Source of the DNA: Podarcis filfolensis
Taxonomy: Eukaryota
NCBI GenBank assembly: GCA_964270895.1
Contig: OZ185443.1
DNA length: 64,000 nucleotides
Direction: 5' to 3' (one strand)
Made by a program: the position numbers and the translations under genes. The notes below the pieces were generated by a model, which had not been told where the DNA came from, made no database searches, and was given only the letters and a program-made list of their open reading frames with translations. Of the stretch, positions 1-12,348 are shown one piece after another; within the stretch, counting starts at the first letter, position 1, and every line of letters starts with the position of its first letter.

Positions 1-706
1 ATAGCAGACATACTTGGAGAGATTAAAAAGTAGATGTTTTATTGTTATATAAGCAAGCAGACAATGTTTGAAAAGTTGAAGGAGAAATACAAATATGTAA
101 TATACTAAACTTCATTAACAATATGTAGGCTTTGTTGTGTAGCATTGCAAACCAAGACTTCAGCTATGGCTCCTTTCTTCCTTGTTCAAACACATGTCTC
201 CCATGTTTTAGCTGATAACATTATGATGTCTATATACACTAGTGTGATAAAGATATGCTACATATAGAATGAGGATATCTATAATCATGTGTGATCTGAA
301 ATCAGTGTTAGAGCTGCACTTATTTTAAAATAATTGAAAACTTTTAAATCGTAAAAATGCCATAAAAAGCCATCCCTTACTCCTTGTAAATGCAATCCTG
401 CAAATTATCATGTTACAGGGAAGTTGTGCTGAGCAAGATCTGCAGGCTTGGTACAGGAATGGACCAATGAACATCACTGCTTGTTACTCCAGAGGCATGG
501 GAACAGATATAGGATTACCTTCTTCATTTGTTCAGACCTCCTCCTAACTGGACTAGCCACATATCTCTGCATGTATCCTGTTGTACTGGTGCTTTGTTTT
601 CAAAACATTAAGAGTTACTCTTTGTTCTGCTTGACAGATTAATCATTAGGCTAGGAATGCTAAAGAGCTGAAACCAAGAAAAGCAGAGCCCTGTTTTAGT
701 GTGATG

Positions 707-884
707 AAGAACATAAGAGGAGTCTGCTGGATCAGACCAATGGCCCATCTAGTTCAGCATCCTGTTTCCACAGCGGCCAACCAGTTGCTTGTGGGAAATT
801 ACTAAGCAGGATTTGAGCACAATAACACTCTCCTCTCCTGTGGTTTCCAGCAACTGGTATTCAGAAACATTACTGCCTCCAAAC
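707..884 (-). mobile_element. CR1 LINE 3' fragment
   Basis: AAGAACATAAGAGGAGTCTGCTGGATCAGACCAATGGCCCATCTAGTTCAGCATCCTG is the reverse complement of the CR1 3' end seen at 21079-21346 and 33945-34272. Confidence 0.75.
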
Positions 885-1899
885 ATAAGGGAACCTCAGC
901 CTTGCTGTTTCCTTAACATTCCACACTGTGATAAGGAATGATGAGGAAACCCAAAATACTGCATTGTCTAGCTTATTACAAAGGGCAGAACCACTGCTCT
1001 CTGTATGCCATTATAGGTGCCATTTGAGAGTGGGGCAGGAATGGGTTTTGTTTTGCTCTTGTCTACATGATTTCCTCACTCTGCAGTCAGGTACTGAAGG
1101 GCATAAGCACCAGAGAGGCGTGGAGTGAGACCCAGATAATTTATCCACCTAGCACAGGACCAGCATATTCATACTTCAAGCGTGACCAATCACCCTGCTA
1201 TTATGAAATGTCCCGACATCATCCCATCCAGCATCAGCGTAGGCAGCTGAGTCCTGAAAATCCAGCATGTCTGGAACGTAAGAGTTCAGCAGTCCTCTGC
1301 AGTTCTGGACACAGTTAGCTATTTTGAGCAGTCATAGTTAAAGGAAATAAATGGAAATAGAGTCGCCCATGTTTTACTTACCAGTCCTTAATTCTATAAT
1401 AATTCCATTGATAGCCTGGGCCTCTCTACATCCATAGATTTCTCTTACCTTTGACTGTACCAACTGATCACTGCACCTTCAGTGGTACAACTTCAGCCCT
1501 TAAGGCTGCAACCCTGTCCCCAATTATCTAGGAATATGGAACATGGTGGGATATAAACCCCAGACAACATACATAGACATGCCCCAAATTTCATGCAGTT
1601 CCTTTAATGTGGACTTGGTTGAGTGCCAGTCTGTGGTTTTTGGCCTAATCGTATGCCCTGGACATGCAACATAATAGTCAGCTGACGGAAGAAAATATAT
1701 AGGCCTGCTATAACTAATTAGAGAATAGCTTAATGATGGCACCTTAATATCACAAGAACTGTGACATTTCTGTCAAATATCCAGGCTCTCAAGAGTCATG
1801 TAATGACAGACCAGTGGGTCTACACACACTTGTCACTATTAATGGTTGCTATAGTTATTTATACATTATTAGTTAAATATTTTTCATAAGAGCTTTCTT

Positions 1900-4800
1900 G
1901 TTTGCATTGTTCTTTAAAGGTGAGAGATAAAATTATTGAAATTCATTCAATTTCGTAAGTAGATAGACGCATATGCACTGACATATGCAGAGTTTCTTGC
2001 GCACGAGAGCACTTTCTACCCCAAAATATCATTGCTGTGAAAACAAAGACAATATTTCAAAATAACCTCATTAGAATTGCAGACCAGGAGAGGCTGATGA
2101 AAGAAAAGCTTGAGCACAAGTACAAAAGTCATATGCTCTTCTTTGAGCCTATTAACTGATTGCCCCTCCGACCTTAATTTTTACTGGGGGCAAAAGTTTC
2201 ATTGTAAACTTCATTTTTAGGGTCGTATTGTGAGTTGCCATGGTGTGAGCTTAATTAGCAATGAAACTGTCACAGAAATAATTTTACATATTTTTGCATT
2301 CCATTACTCAAGGTAATTACGATATTCTGTTAAGCCTCTTTTTAAGGCTTAAAGGGCAGTTTTTAGAAATAAGGCTTAAAGTCATCCACAGACTTCTTCA
2401 ATAATTGTGGTGCTTTTCATAAATATGCAGCTTAGTTTTTCAGTGAATTTACTGAAAACAATTTATTTCCATCAGGGAGTTCTCATGCTATATTATATAC
2501 TTGTAGGAGACGCTCACAGACACACATTCCTTTCCATATTATTCCAATTTAAAATTTTAATTGTGTAGTTTGGGCTGTTTCAATTGCTACTCCAGTTCAA
2601 TATTATAAAACAGACTTTGTGTCATTGCCACTTGCACTGCAATTAGTTATTGCAAATTGGCAAGAGTTTTGGGGTTTTTTTGTATAATCACTAACAAAAT
2701 AATGCCATGATTTCAGTTATTATATATCCCTGTGTTTTTTTTATGAACCAACGTGTGTGGTTGACATATTTACTCACTTCAAGATTTTAACCTTCTATAA
2801 GAATGCAGCCTTGGGCACTTGTTACCACAGTTTACCTTCTATTGTTTAAATTGCTTGAAAAACATAGGAACCGAACATATTTGCTTGTCATAGATGAAGT
2901 TTTGCTAGCTATGAAAAAAACCCTCTCTTTCTCCCTCACCCAGGTCTGCATGGAAATACCAGCTATTTGAATCATCTAAATGTGAGTTGCTTGTAAACGT
3001 TGCAGTAACTTCATTCTTACTCTGGCAGAGCTATGTGAACAGTGTAATGTGTAATAAAACAGCACGATTTGATAGATTTAGACAGCTGCCTCATTCTCTA
3101 GAAGTTCACATTTTGTTAATGCCACCCCCACGTTGAATAAGAGAAGATTAGAAGGTAAGGTCAATGTACGAAAATGGTTGCCAGGACATTTTTTTTTAAT
3201 TGTAAAACTTTTTGTGATGTGATTCAGTAAAAAGACTATAGGGAGAAAGCAATGGAGACAAAGGGCTGCTATTAACCTACAGATGCAGGCTATTGCAGGG
3301 TTCATTGCGAGATTTGTCACACTGCTTAGCCAATGACGTGCTAGCAGGACTGGAAGAGACCACCCTTTTCTGGGGTAAGAGGGTAATTTGGTCTCCATGC
3401 TCATTTAATCCTGAACCTTCTCTGAATAGAGTGTCAGTTGGGTCTACATTGTGCAAAATTATGCATGCACTTTTTAATGCTGCCCCATTGTTCACTAAGC
3501 ACTCGACCAAGATTTCTCAACCAATTTCCATTTGTCAGGAGGTCACTTGAAACCCAAGAGGAATCATAGGTGGATGGCAAGTGCAGGCTCTGCTTCCTTC
3601 TGCTGCCTCTAAAACAGATGTTTGGACACCAACAGCTTACCTATTGCGTTTTGCTTACAAATTGCAGCAGTACTAAAATTTATGAAGAAATGGCTTGATT
3701 TCATTTAGTGACTGAAGAACTCACTCTTATAAATGCGTTCCCTCTCCTACAGATACCATTGTCAAGGAGGCTGGGGATGTTTGGTCAAAGTGTCAGGCTA
3801 CATTGCTTAAAACATTGCACACTGTTGGTGTAGGAGGAACAGGTGTTTGATGAACTGTGGGACGAAGGGCACCCTTGCTCTTCCCTTCTCTCTGTGTGGG
3901 AAGACTTCTCTGCAAAAACAATAGCACAAAGAGAAATTGATATACACCGCAAGTATGAACACACAGACTACAGCACAAGTATTGCAGGAATAAGCATTTT
4001 AAATTCTGAGGGTGATCCTATAGTTCCAATATTAATCAATACTTTAACAATTCTGAATACAGCATGTACATCAAATTTATTGATACATTTACAAAAAGGA
4101 AACAGCATTATGTTAACTCTCCAAGAAACATTTACATTTTGAACCATATTTGGCAATAATCATAATTTTAATGATTTGTACAAGTGTCCTCTTAACACAG
4201 GCAAGACTTTAGCTAAAGTGAGCTCCCATCCAGTGAAGTTCCATTCAATGTGAATTCTGTAATAAATTCAAATACCATATAAAAATGGGCCAGTCCTGAT
4301 ATAGTGGAAAGAACTCTATCAACATTTGCAGCGACTGGTTGATTGGCTGCAGCTGTTTCTCCGTCGATTACGAACAAAGGCTGACACAAGGATACATTTC
4401 TACATTATGTCCACAACACATTAAAGAGTGTGTTTGCTCTTTTGCTCCCCGTCATTCCAATTAATTTGGAGAAAAATGTAACTTTAGTATTTAGGACATG
4501 GCAAAGCTGTTCATCTAGATGATGTCTATATTATAAAAAATTAAAATAAAATAATATAAATATGTAACACAAACCCAGTGCCCATTGTTAAATAAGATAT
4601 TCAGTAAAAAAACAAAAAACAAAAAACAAAAAAACAGACCTTCTACAATGACTGGTTTTAAAATATGCAGATATAATTTAATTATGAAGAACTTGAAACA
4701 GTGTGGAAATTAAGCTGCGATAGCCAGATTTTTGCATCTATGCCAGATAAAGTAGTTAAGTGCATAACATTCTGTTACATTGATAGAAGTGTAGATTACA

Positions 4801-5500
4801 ATCTTACAATGAATTGCCTATATAAGAATGCATTCAGGAGTTCCGAAACATTGTCTTAAAACGGTGGGGTAGATTCACATGGTCATGTTTTTGATACGCT
4901 AACTGCAATTTTAACGTCATAATTTGTTCATCTGAAGATTCCAGTGGATAATAGCTCTTACTAAAATACCCTTTTCCCATCCTGTTCAGAGAACAGCTTT
5001 TAATGGAAAGGGGGGGGGGGAATTACCAATGTGTTTATTGTTACATGAATTTGATGGCAATTGGTCATTTGAATCCACCTGCCAAATATCTTAACCATGG
5101 TTAAAACCAAAATTTAATAATGGCCAACAGTTTCAAAACTCCTTTTCTGATTGCTATACTCAGATAGTTATACACAAAAAATGGTGGGATATCAAATAAT
5201 TCATAGTGACACCATTGGAAATTATTTGTGGTAACAGTGGCATTTCTGTGTAAACTACTTCACATGAGGAAATATAATTTTGGAATTCCACTAGTTATGC
5301 AACCAGATGTTTGTGCGTGAATTGTACGTTTTTGCTTCTCTGAAAAGGTAAAAAGGCAGATCTACAAACCCAGTGGAATCACTGGAGTTTCAAAGCAGGA
5401 TAAGAGTCTTTTGGTGGGGGGGAAGAGAGAGAGAGATAGAAGAGAAGATTTGAAAAACAAATGCCCATTGAAAATGTGGTATCCAAATAAGTCCCAGACA
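1900..5500 (-). other. HHIP: Probable HHIP 3' UTR (true end not determinable)
   Basis: Lies directly after the stop codon; AU-rich; no recognisable transposons for about 3.6 kb; minus-strand AATAAA at 5034-5039 and 2462-2467. Confidence 0.55.
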
Positions 5501-5694
5501 CTATACAATGTAGCTGGTTAGATCCAGCAAATAGGATGTCATGTCTATGATCTGATCAAGAATACCTGCCCTTGTCACTCTTCGGATGTTTCTATCCACT
5601 TGCTCACACTGAAGACCAAGATATCCTTTTTTACACATGCATTTATTTGGTCGTATGCAGACACCCCCATGTCGACAGGCTGGTTCACATTTTG
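5501..5694 (-). CDS. HHIP: HHIP exon 13 coding part, EGF-like 2 plus C-terminus (AKCEPACRHGGVCIRPNKCMCKKGYLGLQCEQVDRNIRRVTRAGILDQIIDMTSYLLDLTSYIV*)
   Basis: 194 nt; acceptor tttacag|CA; TAG stop at 5501-5503. Confidence 0.99.
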
Positions 5695-5907
5695 CTGTAA
5701 AAAACACACAAAAAAACTCTTCTGTAGAGGCTTTCCCAAGAATCAGGAAAAAAATCCATATGTACAAAATGGGAACTATTTCTCTATCATAATGGCAGCA
5801 GTATGGATTTATTTAGTTATTTCCAAAAAAATGAACCATTTGCTTTTGTCTGTTTCTCAGAATATAAAATAGGCCATGATACATTATGGGAAAAGAAACT
5901 TGGATAA

Positions 5908-5979
5908 AAATATAACAGTAATATGTAAAAGAATACCTTGCTCAAATATAACAGAAATATGTAAAAGAATACCTTGCTC
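5908..5979. repeat. 36-bp tandem duplication (2 copies, 1 mismatch)
   Basis: AAATATAACAG(T/A)AATATGTAAAAGAATACCTTGCTC twice. Confidence 0.95.
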
Positions 5980-6917
5980 ATGAAAGTACCGGTATCTCTC
6001 TGAATTAGGGAGTCTACCACATTCTTATCAACTGTTATTCTGCATATGGTCTGCAATTGTCTTTTTCTTTGGTAAACAAATTCCTTGAGCTGCAAGGAAT
6101 TCTAACCATCAAGAGCTCCATTTTAAAATCAAGTTTTGTTTTTTTAAAAAAAATATGGCTGTGAAATGTACAAATTAATCTAAAAATGATATGTTTTATT
6201 TTGCTCCAACTCATTCAGAGTGAGTATTGGGAGGGTCAACAGAGACTCTTGGACAGGGTAGGTACTACATCCATAGACACTGTTCTAACTCACTAGGATC
6301 CCTTCCTGGAGTGCGTTGCCCTTAGCTGGGCCAGTGGCGGTGGTCAGAATGTCTCCTTTGAACAGAATGACCTTAGGAAATTCCTTCTGGTCTTTGAACA
6401 GTATGGTGAGACAGATGTCCCTCAAGGACTCTATGGCTGCATGCTTCAGAGGTTTCCTTGCCTCACACATTCTCTCTATTTAACCTGTATCCCGCTTCCA
6501 TCTTCTCATCCTAAGGTCTATTTCCACAGCTTAGCTCCTCTTGTGTGCACAGAGAAATTGACTGAAAGTGTGGAGAAGCATTTGAAGGATGGCAAATGAA
6601 TGTTTATGTTTGGTAACAGTGTTAGTCCCCAGATGTGTGTCGTTTCATTCCAGTGGTCCCAAACAGACTACATATGAGCAACATCCAGGATAGCTTTGGC
6701 ACAGTTTATCAAATGCACACATGTCATTTGATGAAAGCAAATTTCCGAGTCTCTTGCTCTTTGTGATTTCCCTTCCCCTCCCACCCATTCATTGCTTGCT
6801 GATAGAAGCTTGAGTAAATGAGGAATTTAAAATATATGGATTAAAAAAAACCCAACTTTTGTCAGAAGTTGATGGAAGCTTGCTATTTCCATGAATTATT
6901 GTGAACGGAATACTAAC

Positions 6918-7066
6918 CAATTCTGCAGAACTCGCCTTCCCAGCCTTGATTACAGCAGCATTTTCCCGTGGGAGTGCAGTGCCCATTTCGACAATGCCTT
7001 GAGCATTCAGATGTCAATATCTGGGCAGGAAGAGCTGTTCTTTTGCATTCTTCTGGGACTAAAGGC
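6918..7066 (-). CDS. HHIP: HHIP exon 12, EGF-like 1 (PLVPEECKRTALPAQILTSECSRHCRNGHCTPTGKCCCNQGWEGEFCRI); absent from the ORF track in this frame
   Basis: 149 nt; acceptor ctacag|G, donor G|gttagt; EGF cysteine spacing. Confidence 0.98.
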
Positions 7067-7571
7067 CTGTAGAAAAATATACAGGCAACATACGTATTTA
7101 AAAGTCAGGGTCAAAGAGAAATTGTTTACACATAGACTGGATTCATTTTTTTTCCTCACAAAGAAAGCTGTTTAAAATGGTCCATGCAACAGTTTATGAA
7201 GTTGTGGAAAATTATATCTTGCATACATTTTAAGAGTTTTTATGATGATGAAATCCACTGTTTTAGAACAATATTCTATTCAGCAAACATTATAGCCAGC
7301 AACAATATTTTCATAGAAGCCTGGTCACACTGCTTTACAGTTCAATAGCTCCTCCTAAGTCCTCTTGGACATTCTGCTAACTTGGTAAAAACAGAACTTT
7401 TAAAAATTAGTTTAGGTGCTAATAAGAATGAAGTTGCCATCCTTTTTTAAAATCTCATTTCAAGCACACCAGTATCAGCAGTTAATGATAATGGTGCTAC
7501 TGATTTTTGAAGTTCTTACTAATATTTTTACCGGAGATATATATGTAGGACTAAAATGGCATGCACATATT

Positions 7572-7616
7572 CTACCTACCTACCTACCTACCTACCTACC
7601 TACCTACCTACCTACC
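7572..7616. repeat. (CTAC)11 tetranucleotide microsatellite
   Basis: Read directly. Confidence 0.97.
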
Positions 7617-7644
7617 AGTGTATAGAACTACACACATCATAAGA

Positions 7645-7749
7645 ATAATCATTAACTCATAGAGTTGGAAGGGGCCATGAGAATAATCTAGTTCAAACCC
7701 CTGTAATGCAGGAACTTTTTGCCCAACGCGGGGCTCGAACCCATGACCC
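7645..7749 (-). mobile_element. 5'-truncated tRNA-derived SINE with CR1-like tail
   Basis: Minus strand shows a B-box (GGGTTCGAGCCCC) and then ...GGCCCCTTCCAACTCTATGA, a CR1-type 3' end. Confidence 0.6.
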
Positions 7750-8409
7750 ACTATAGTTAGAGTAGTTAGAGGGAGAAAGAACGAAGTATGTGTAGGTGGA
7801 AGGGGGAGAGACCTGGGATTGAGGAACTAGAGTAATGAAGCAAGCACAGAACAGGAGAACCAGGAGGGACAACTGGACCTGGGGTCAGAACTGAACTTGA
7901 GGCAACTGGAGGTCACCTGTGTTTGCAGGCTAATAGACAATTTCACATAAGAACCAATAGTTTTGTACATGTTGCCTTTTATTTTCCCTGTGTTTGCTGT
8001 AGCTTAATTAATCTTATTTTTAACATGTACGTTTGAACTTGTCTGATCTATCGCTGCTTGGTTCAGATGGTGGAAAGATGACAACAGTGGACTCCAGTTT
8101 AAACAGAGTGGGAGAATCTCTGCTGGAGAAAGTTGGGAGCACATAAAAAAAAATCTCACAAAAATTCCCACGTAAGCTACCATCTATTCATATAGCCCAG
8201 AAGCCAAAACTGACACAGATTATTATAGATTCAAGCATTCAGAATGTCTGTTGGCAATCATATATCCCAGTACCACACACTCACACATTAGGATTGCAGC
8301 TCTGTAATATACCACAAAGGACCTAGAGAAGCAATCAAGTTTTCATGAATACCGTGTAATGAAATAAACAGAGGACCTTGTCTTATGATAGTGTCACACA
8401 ATAATAAAC

Positions 8410-8596
8410 CTTCAGGTGCTGAAACTGCCATGGAAGGTATGGAATTCTCCCTTGCTAGAGGTTTGTAAGCATAGACTGGATGGCCAACTCTCAGGAATGT
8501 TCTGGTGGTGGACTTCTTGCATTGCCGCTGAGCTAGATGAGTTGAGATCCCTTCCAGCTCTGTAATTCTATGCTTCTATTACTGTATGCTTCTATT
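8410..8596 (+). mobile_element. CR1 LINE 3' end
   Basis: ...AGACTGGATGGCCAACTCTCAGG...CCCTTCCAGCTCTGTAATTCTATGCTTCTAT is the typical CR1 terminus with its ATTCTRTG-like repeat. Confidence 0.7.
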
Positions 8597-9369
8597 ACCA
8601 TGAGCTCCAGAAATGCATTATTGGATACTTTGGGTCATGTTACACTTGTATCATTTTTTTTAATTGAAAGCATTTTGCCCCACATTTTGGCTAAAAAGAG
8701 TTCCTGAGCAGCACAGAGCAGCCCACAGCCCTCAGGCTTACTATCTTGAAGAAACAACATAAAAGGAAAAAGGGCAGGAGGAGGAAGGGGCTAAAAAAAC
8801 TTAGACACCAGCTCTTAAAGCTACAGTTCTTACAATGACAAGTTGGGATAGAAACAGTTCAGGTAGACTGATGGAATGTGTATTACTGGGTGACAGATGA
8901 GAGGAGAAAAGAAGGGCCACAGGCAGCTTGTCTTTCAGCACCGATGGAATAGCCCTGCTTCCATTCTCTCCCTCTGCTGGAGCCTGATGGAATGGCTACT
9001 GTGAGGCGATACTTGAAGGAAAGCGAAAGGCAGCTGGCCTCTCAGCAGAGCCAACAGAATGATAAGTGAAGCCGGAGTCATGGACAAGTCGGGGGAGCAA
9101 ACCACTTCATGAGTTCCAGAGGCTTAAGCTGATCTTCATACTTAGGAGTCTCAATCGATGTGATCTGGCAGCCCTGTGTTCAACATAATCAGTCACTGTA
9201 CATTACATATAATGGCGCATATGTGTGCCTGCATGCAGTTTCATGCTGACATGTACATTTCTTCCTGAAAGCCCTGTCCATGGGATCTTTTTTTCTTTTG
9301 GTTTCAATTCCAAGTCCAGAAGCAGTAAGCTGCAACATATGCTGATGACACACAGTTCTACTTCTCCTT

Positions 9370-10255
9370 ACCATCTACAGGTGTGGCAGCGGGCGTGCTG
9401 GACCCTTGTCTTGCCTTGGTAATGGACTGGATGGGAGCCAACAAACTGAAGCTCAATCCAGAGAAGACTAGGGCACTGGTAGGAGGCAGTTCTCTAGACT
9501 GCATGGATGAGAGGCTGCATGCTCTTGATGGGATTACACCCCCTCTGAAGGAGTGGGTACATAGCTTGGGGGTAATTCCTGGATCCTTTGCTGTCACTTG
9601 AGGGTCAGTTTGTCTTAATGGTGTGGAGTGTCTTCCATCAGCTTCAGCTGGTGGCCCAGCTGTGCCCCTATCTGGACATGGATAGTCTAAGGCCTGTTGC
9701 CTATGCTCTAGTAACCTCTAGGTTAGATTACTGCAATGCATTATACATAAGGCTGCTGCCTTTGAAGATGCTTTGGAAACTTCAGCTGGTGCAGAATTTT
9801 GGGGCCAGGTTGCTCACTAGGGTAAGATGGTTTGAGCATTTTACATTGATCCTGGCCCAACTACTCTCCCAATGTAAACCCACCCAGACCCTGCAATCAT
9901 CATCTGAGTGATTTCATTGTGTGCCACCCCCACAAGCAGTCTGGAGGGTGGCAACATGGGAACATGCCTTTTCTGCAGTGGCTCCCCATTTGTGGAATGC
10001 TCTCCCCAAGGAGGCTCACCTGGTGCCCGCATTATATATCTTTAGGTACCAGGCGTAAGCATTTCTCTATAAGCAGGTCTTTGGTTGATAACAGTCTATA
10101 CACCCTTTTAAATGTGTTTGTGGGAGAAGGGTTTATTTTTTCTTGTTGTTCTTACTTTTATTATGTATTTTGGGTTTTCATTTTGTATTTTTATGTCGTG
10201 AACCTCTCTGTGATCTTCATATGAAGGGTGGTATACAAATGAACAACAACAACAG
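9370..10255 (+). mobile_element. L2 LINE 3' fragment (degenerate RT C-terminus plus 3' UTR)
   Basis: Frameshifted peptides WMGANKLKLNPEKT, YALVTSRLDYCNAL and LQLVQNFGARLLT are L2 ORF2 motifs; a T-rich UTR ends in a (CAA)n tail. Confidence 0.9.
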
Positions 10256-12161
10256 GTTTACACAAACATGCATTCAAATGCACAAGCACCAGCAATGTCA
10301 AAGGCTATCTTTACAACAACAATTAGAGATTTGAGGGGACGTTATGAAATTAACCCCATTCCCCTGTCAGTGGCAGAAATCCCACCTAAAATTGTCTTTA
10401 TCCAGGTGTGATGGAAGAGGAAGTGGGACCAAAGGAAAAGAATCAAAAATTTTCTTCAGAGGACAGCAATGCAAACATTTTCTAATGAATTTCTCCTTAG
10501 GCCTAATCACCAACAGAGGCTTCATCACTCTTGATTTTAAAGAAAACCCTGGATATGTTTCCCCCCCTAGTCTGTATTTGGTTAATCAGCTGCATAAAAA
10601 TAATGTTTAGCAGCTAATGCTTTTGTTTTGAATATAATGGATTTTAATTTAATGGTATGCTTGCTATTACTGTATTTTATTTTATTTAATTACAAACTGC
10701 CCTGTGAGAGCAGTGTACCCTAAAAGGCAAGCTAAAAATTCTTTAAATAAAACAAATAAGTAACTACTTCTCTAGCATAAACACAGCACCCCTTCAGGTA
10801 TGATTTTTCAGTACATTTGCTTTCAGTGCTGGGAGGCATGCCAAGAGCTCGTTACTTGATTTACTACAAGGGAATGATGTGGGGAGGAAGAAAAAGAGCC
10901 TTCCCTGCTTTCAGATTTTTAAACCCAGCAGCATATCAAATTTATTCTTATATGGTATACTTGTTCATGACCTCTAGTCTTTAAGAAATTCTGTCATATT
11001 TGAAAACTAGTCCCCAGCGGAGCCTGTATCAGTGTTAATAGCTGTGAGGTCAATGCAACTGCTAAACAGTTTGTATTACTGTCAGGGTGGTCATGAAAAC
11101 AACACCTGCTGCATGAGGCCTTGGCAGCTGGGTCAACAGGCACTGTGGGAATTTATCAATTTAGGGGGCCACTTGCATAGCACTTTGACGGATGAATCGG
11201 GAAAGAAACTGGCTTACGGGGCTAAAGCTGCTCAATTATGTATTACATTCTTTACGGCAGCAGAGAAAGCAGCTCCGTGCATGCATCCGAAAACAGGCAA
11301 AATATAAACCGAAGAGGTATTTTTTTGCCTTATAAAATGAAGTACACAAAGAGGTCCTTAATAGCCAATGTTAGAAAGGAAGGGAGGGAGAATGGAAGTG
11401 CTCTGTGCATGGATTAAGATGTGACTTTAAAAATAATACCCCCCCCCATAACTGATGTTACAAAGTTTAAAGTCTTTGGGTTTACAAAGTCAAAGAACGT
11501 TAATGTGCATGTTTCACCTACAAGGAAGGTAGCTCCATGTAGATAGGCAAATGAGCTAATTATGTTATTCTAAATATACATATGTATTTTGAAGCACTCG
11601 TTCTGGGCTTCTACAACTGCGACTGACTTTAAGGATTAGGTACATTTTGAATTCAAGGGACTTTCATGGTCCACTTGGGTGGATTCCCCGGTCAACTGCT
11701 GTTTGCTGACAGCTTTATATTACATAGTTCCACAGTATTATTTAAAGGCAATCGGGCATAAGAAGATAATTGTGGAGAAGAGGTTTTCATTCTGCGTGTT
11801 TTACGGAATCATAGGGTTGTAAAAGGGTCTGAAATCATCCTGAGGAACCACTACCTTAAAGTAGGGTGTCCCCCCCCCACAAAGTTATATAGAATGTAGT
11901 TTTATGCTCTTTATTCTTAATTCATATCTTCTAAGGTAAAGTGCTCCTCACAAATGAAACAGAACTGAATGATGTTATTTGTGCCAGAAGTGTTTGTACA
12001 GTGCATAGAAAAACTACTCCAAAAGTACAAGAAAAGTGAGCTAAATGTCATTGGCGCTCATTTATACAGGACAGGGTAAATAAAGTATTCTGCAGCAGTT
12101 CTTATCTCATTCCTCAAACATGTTCATCAGATTTGGCTGAAAGATCATTATTTGTCTAAGG

Positions 12162-12348
12162 CTGTGGTGTCCAAACTTTTTTCAAAGAGGGCCAGATTTG
12201 ATGAAGAGGAGGGCCATAAGGGCCAACCAAATTTGTTGACCTTTTTTTAGGATTGAAGTTGTTGAGGTTTCTTTCAGGATTTTAGCCCAGGAAATAAACT
12301 GCCACAAGGGCCAGATTAGGCCCCCGAAACGGACTTTGGACATGCCTG
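12162..12348. mobile_element. Non-autonomous hAT (Charlie-type) element
   Basis: Perfect 8-bp TSD GTCTAAGG (12154-12161 and 12349-12356); imperfect TIRs with core TGTCCAAA/TTTGGACA. Confidence 0.85.

Noticed and set aside
3078-4156. Several 60-110-aa ORFs downstream of HHIP
   Set aside because: No recognisable protein similarity and no splice framework; this is consistent with chance ORFs in a 3' UTR.
6285-6470. Protein-like 61-aa minus-strand ORF in intron 12 as an alternative exon
   Set aside because: No convincing acceptor/donor pair and no motif I recognise; I cannot support it without a search.
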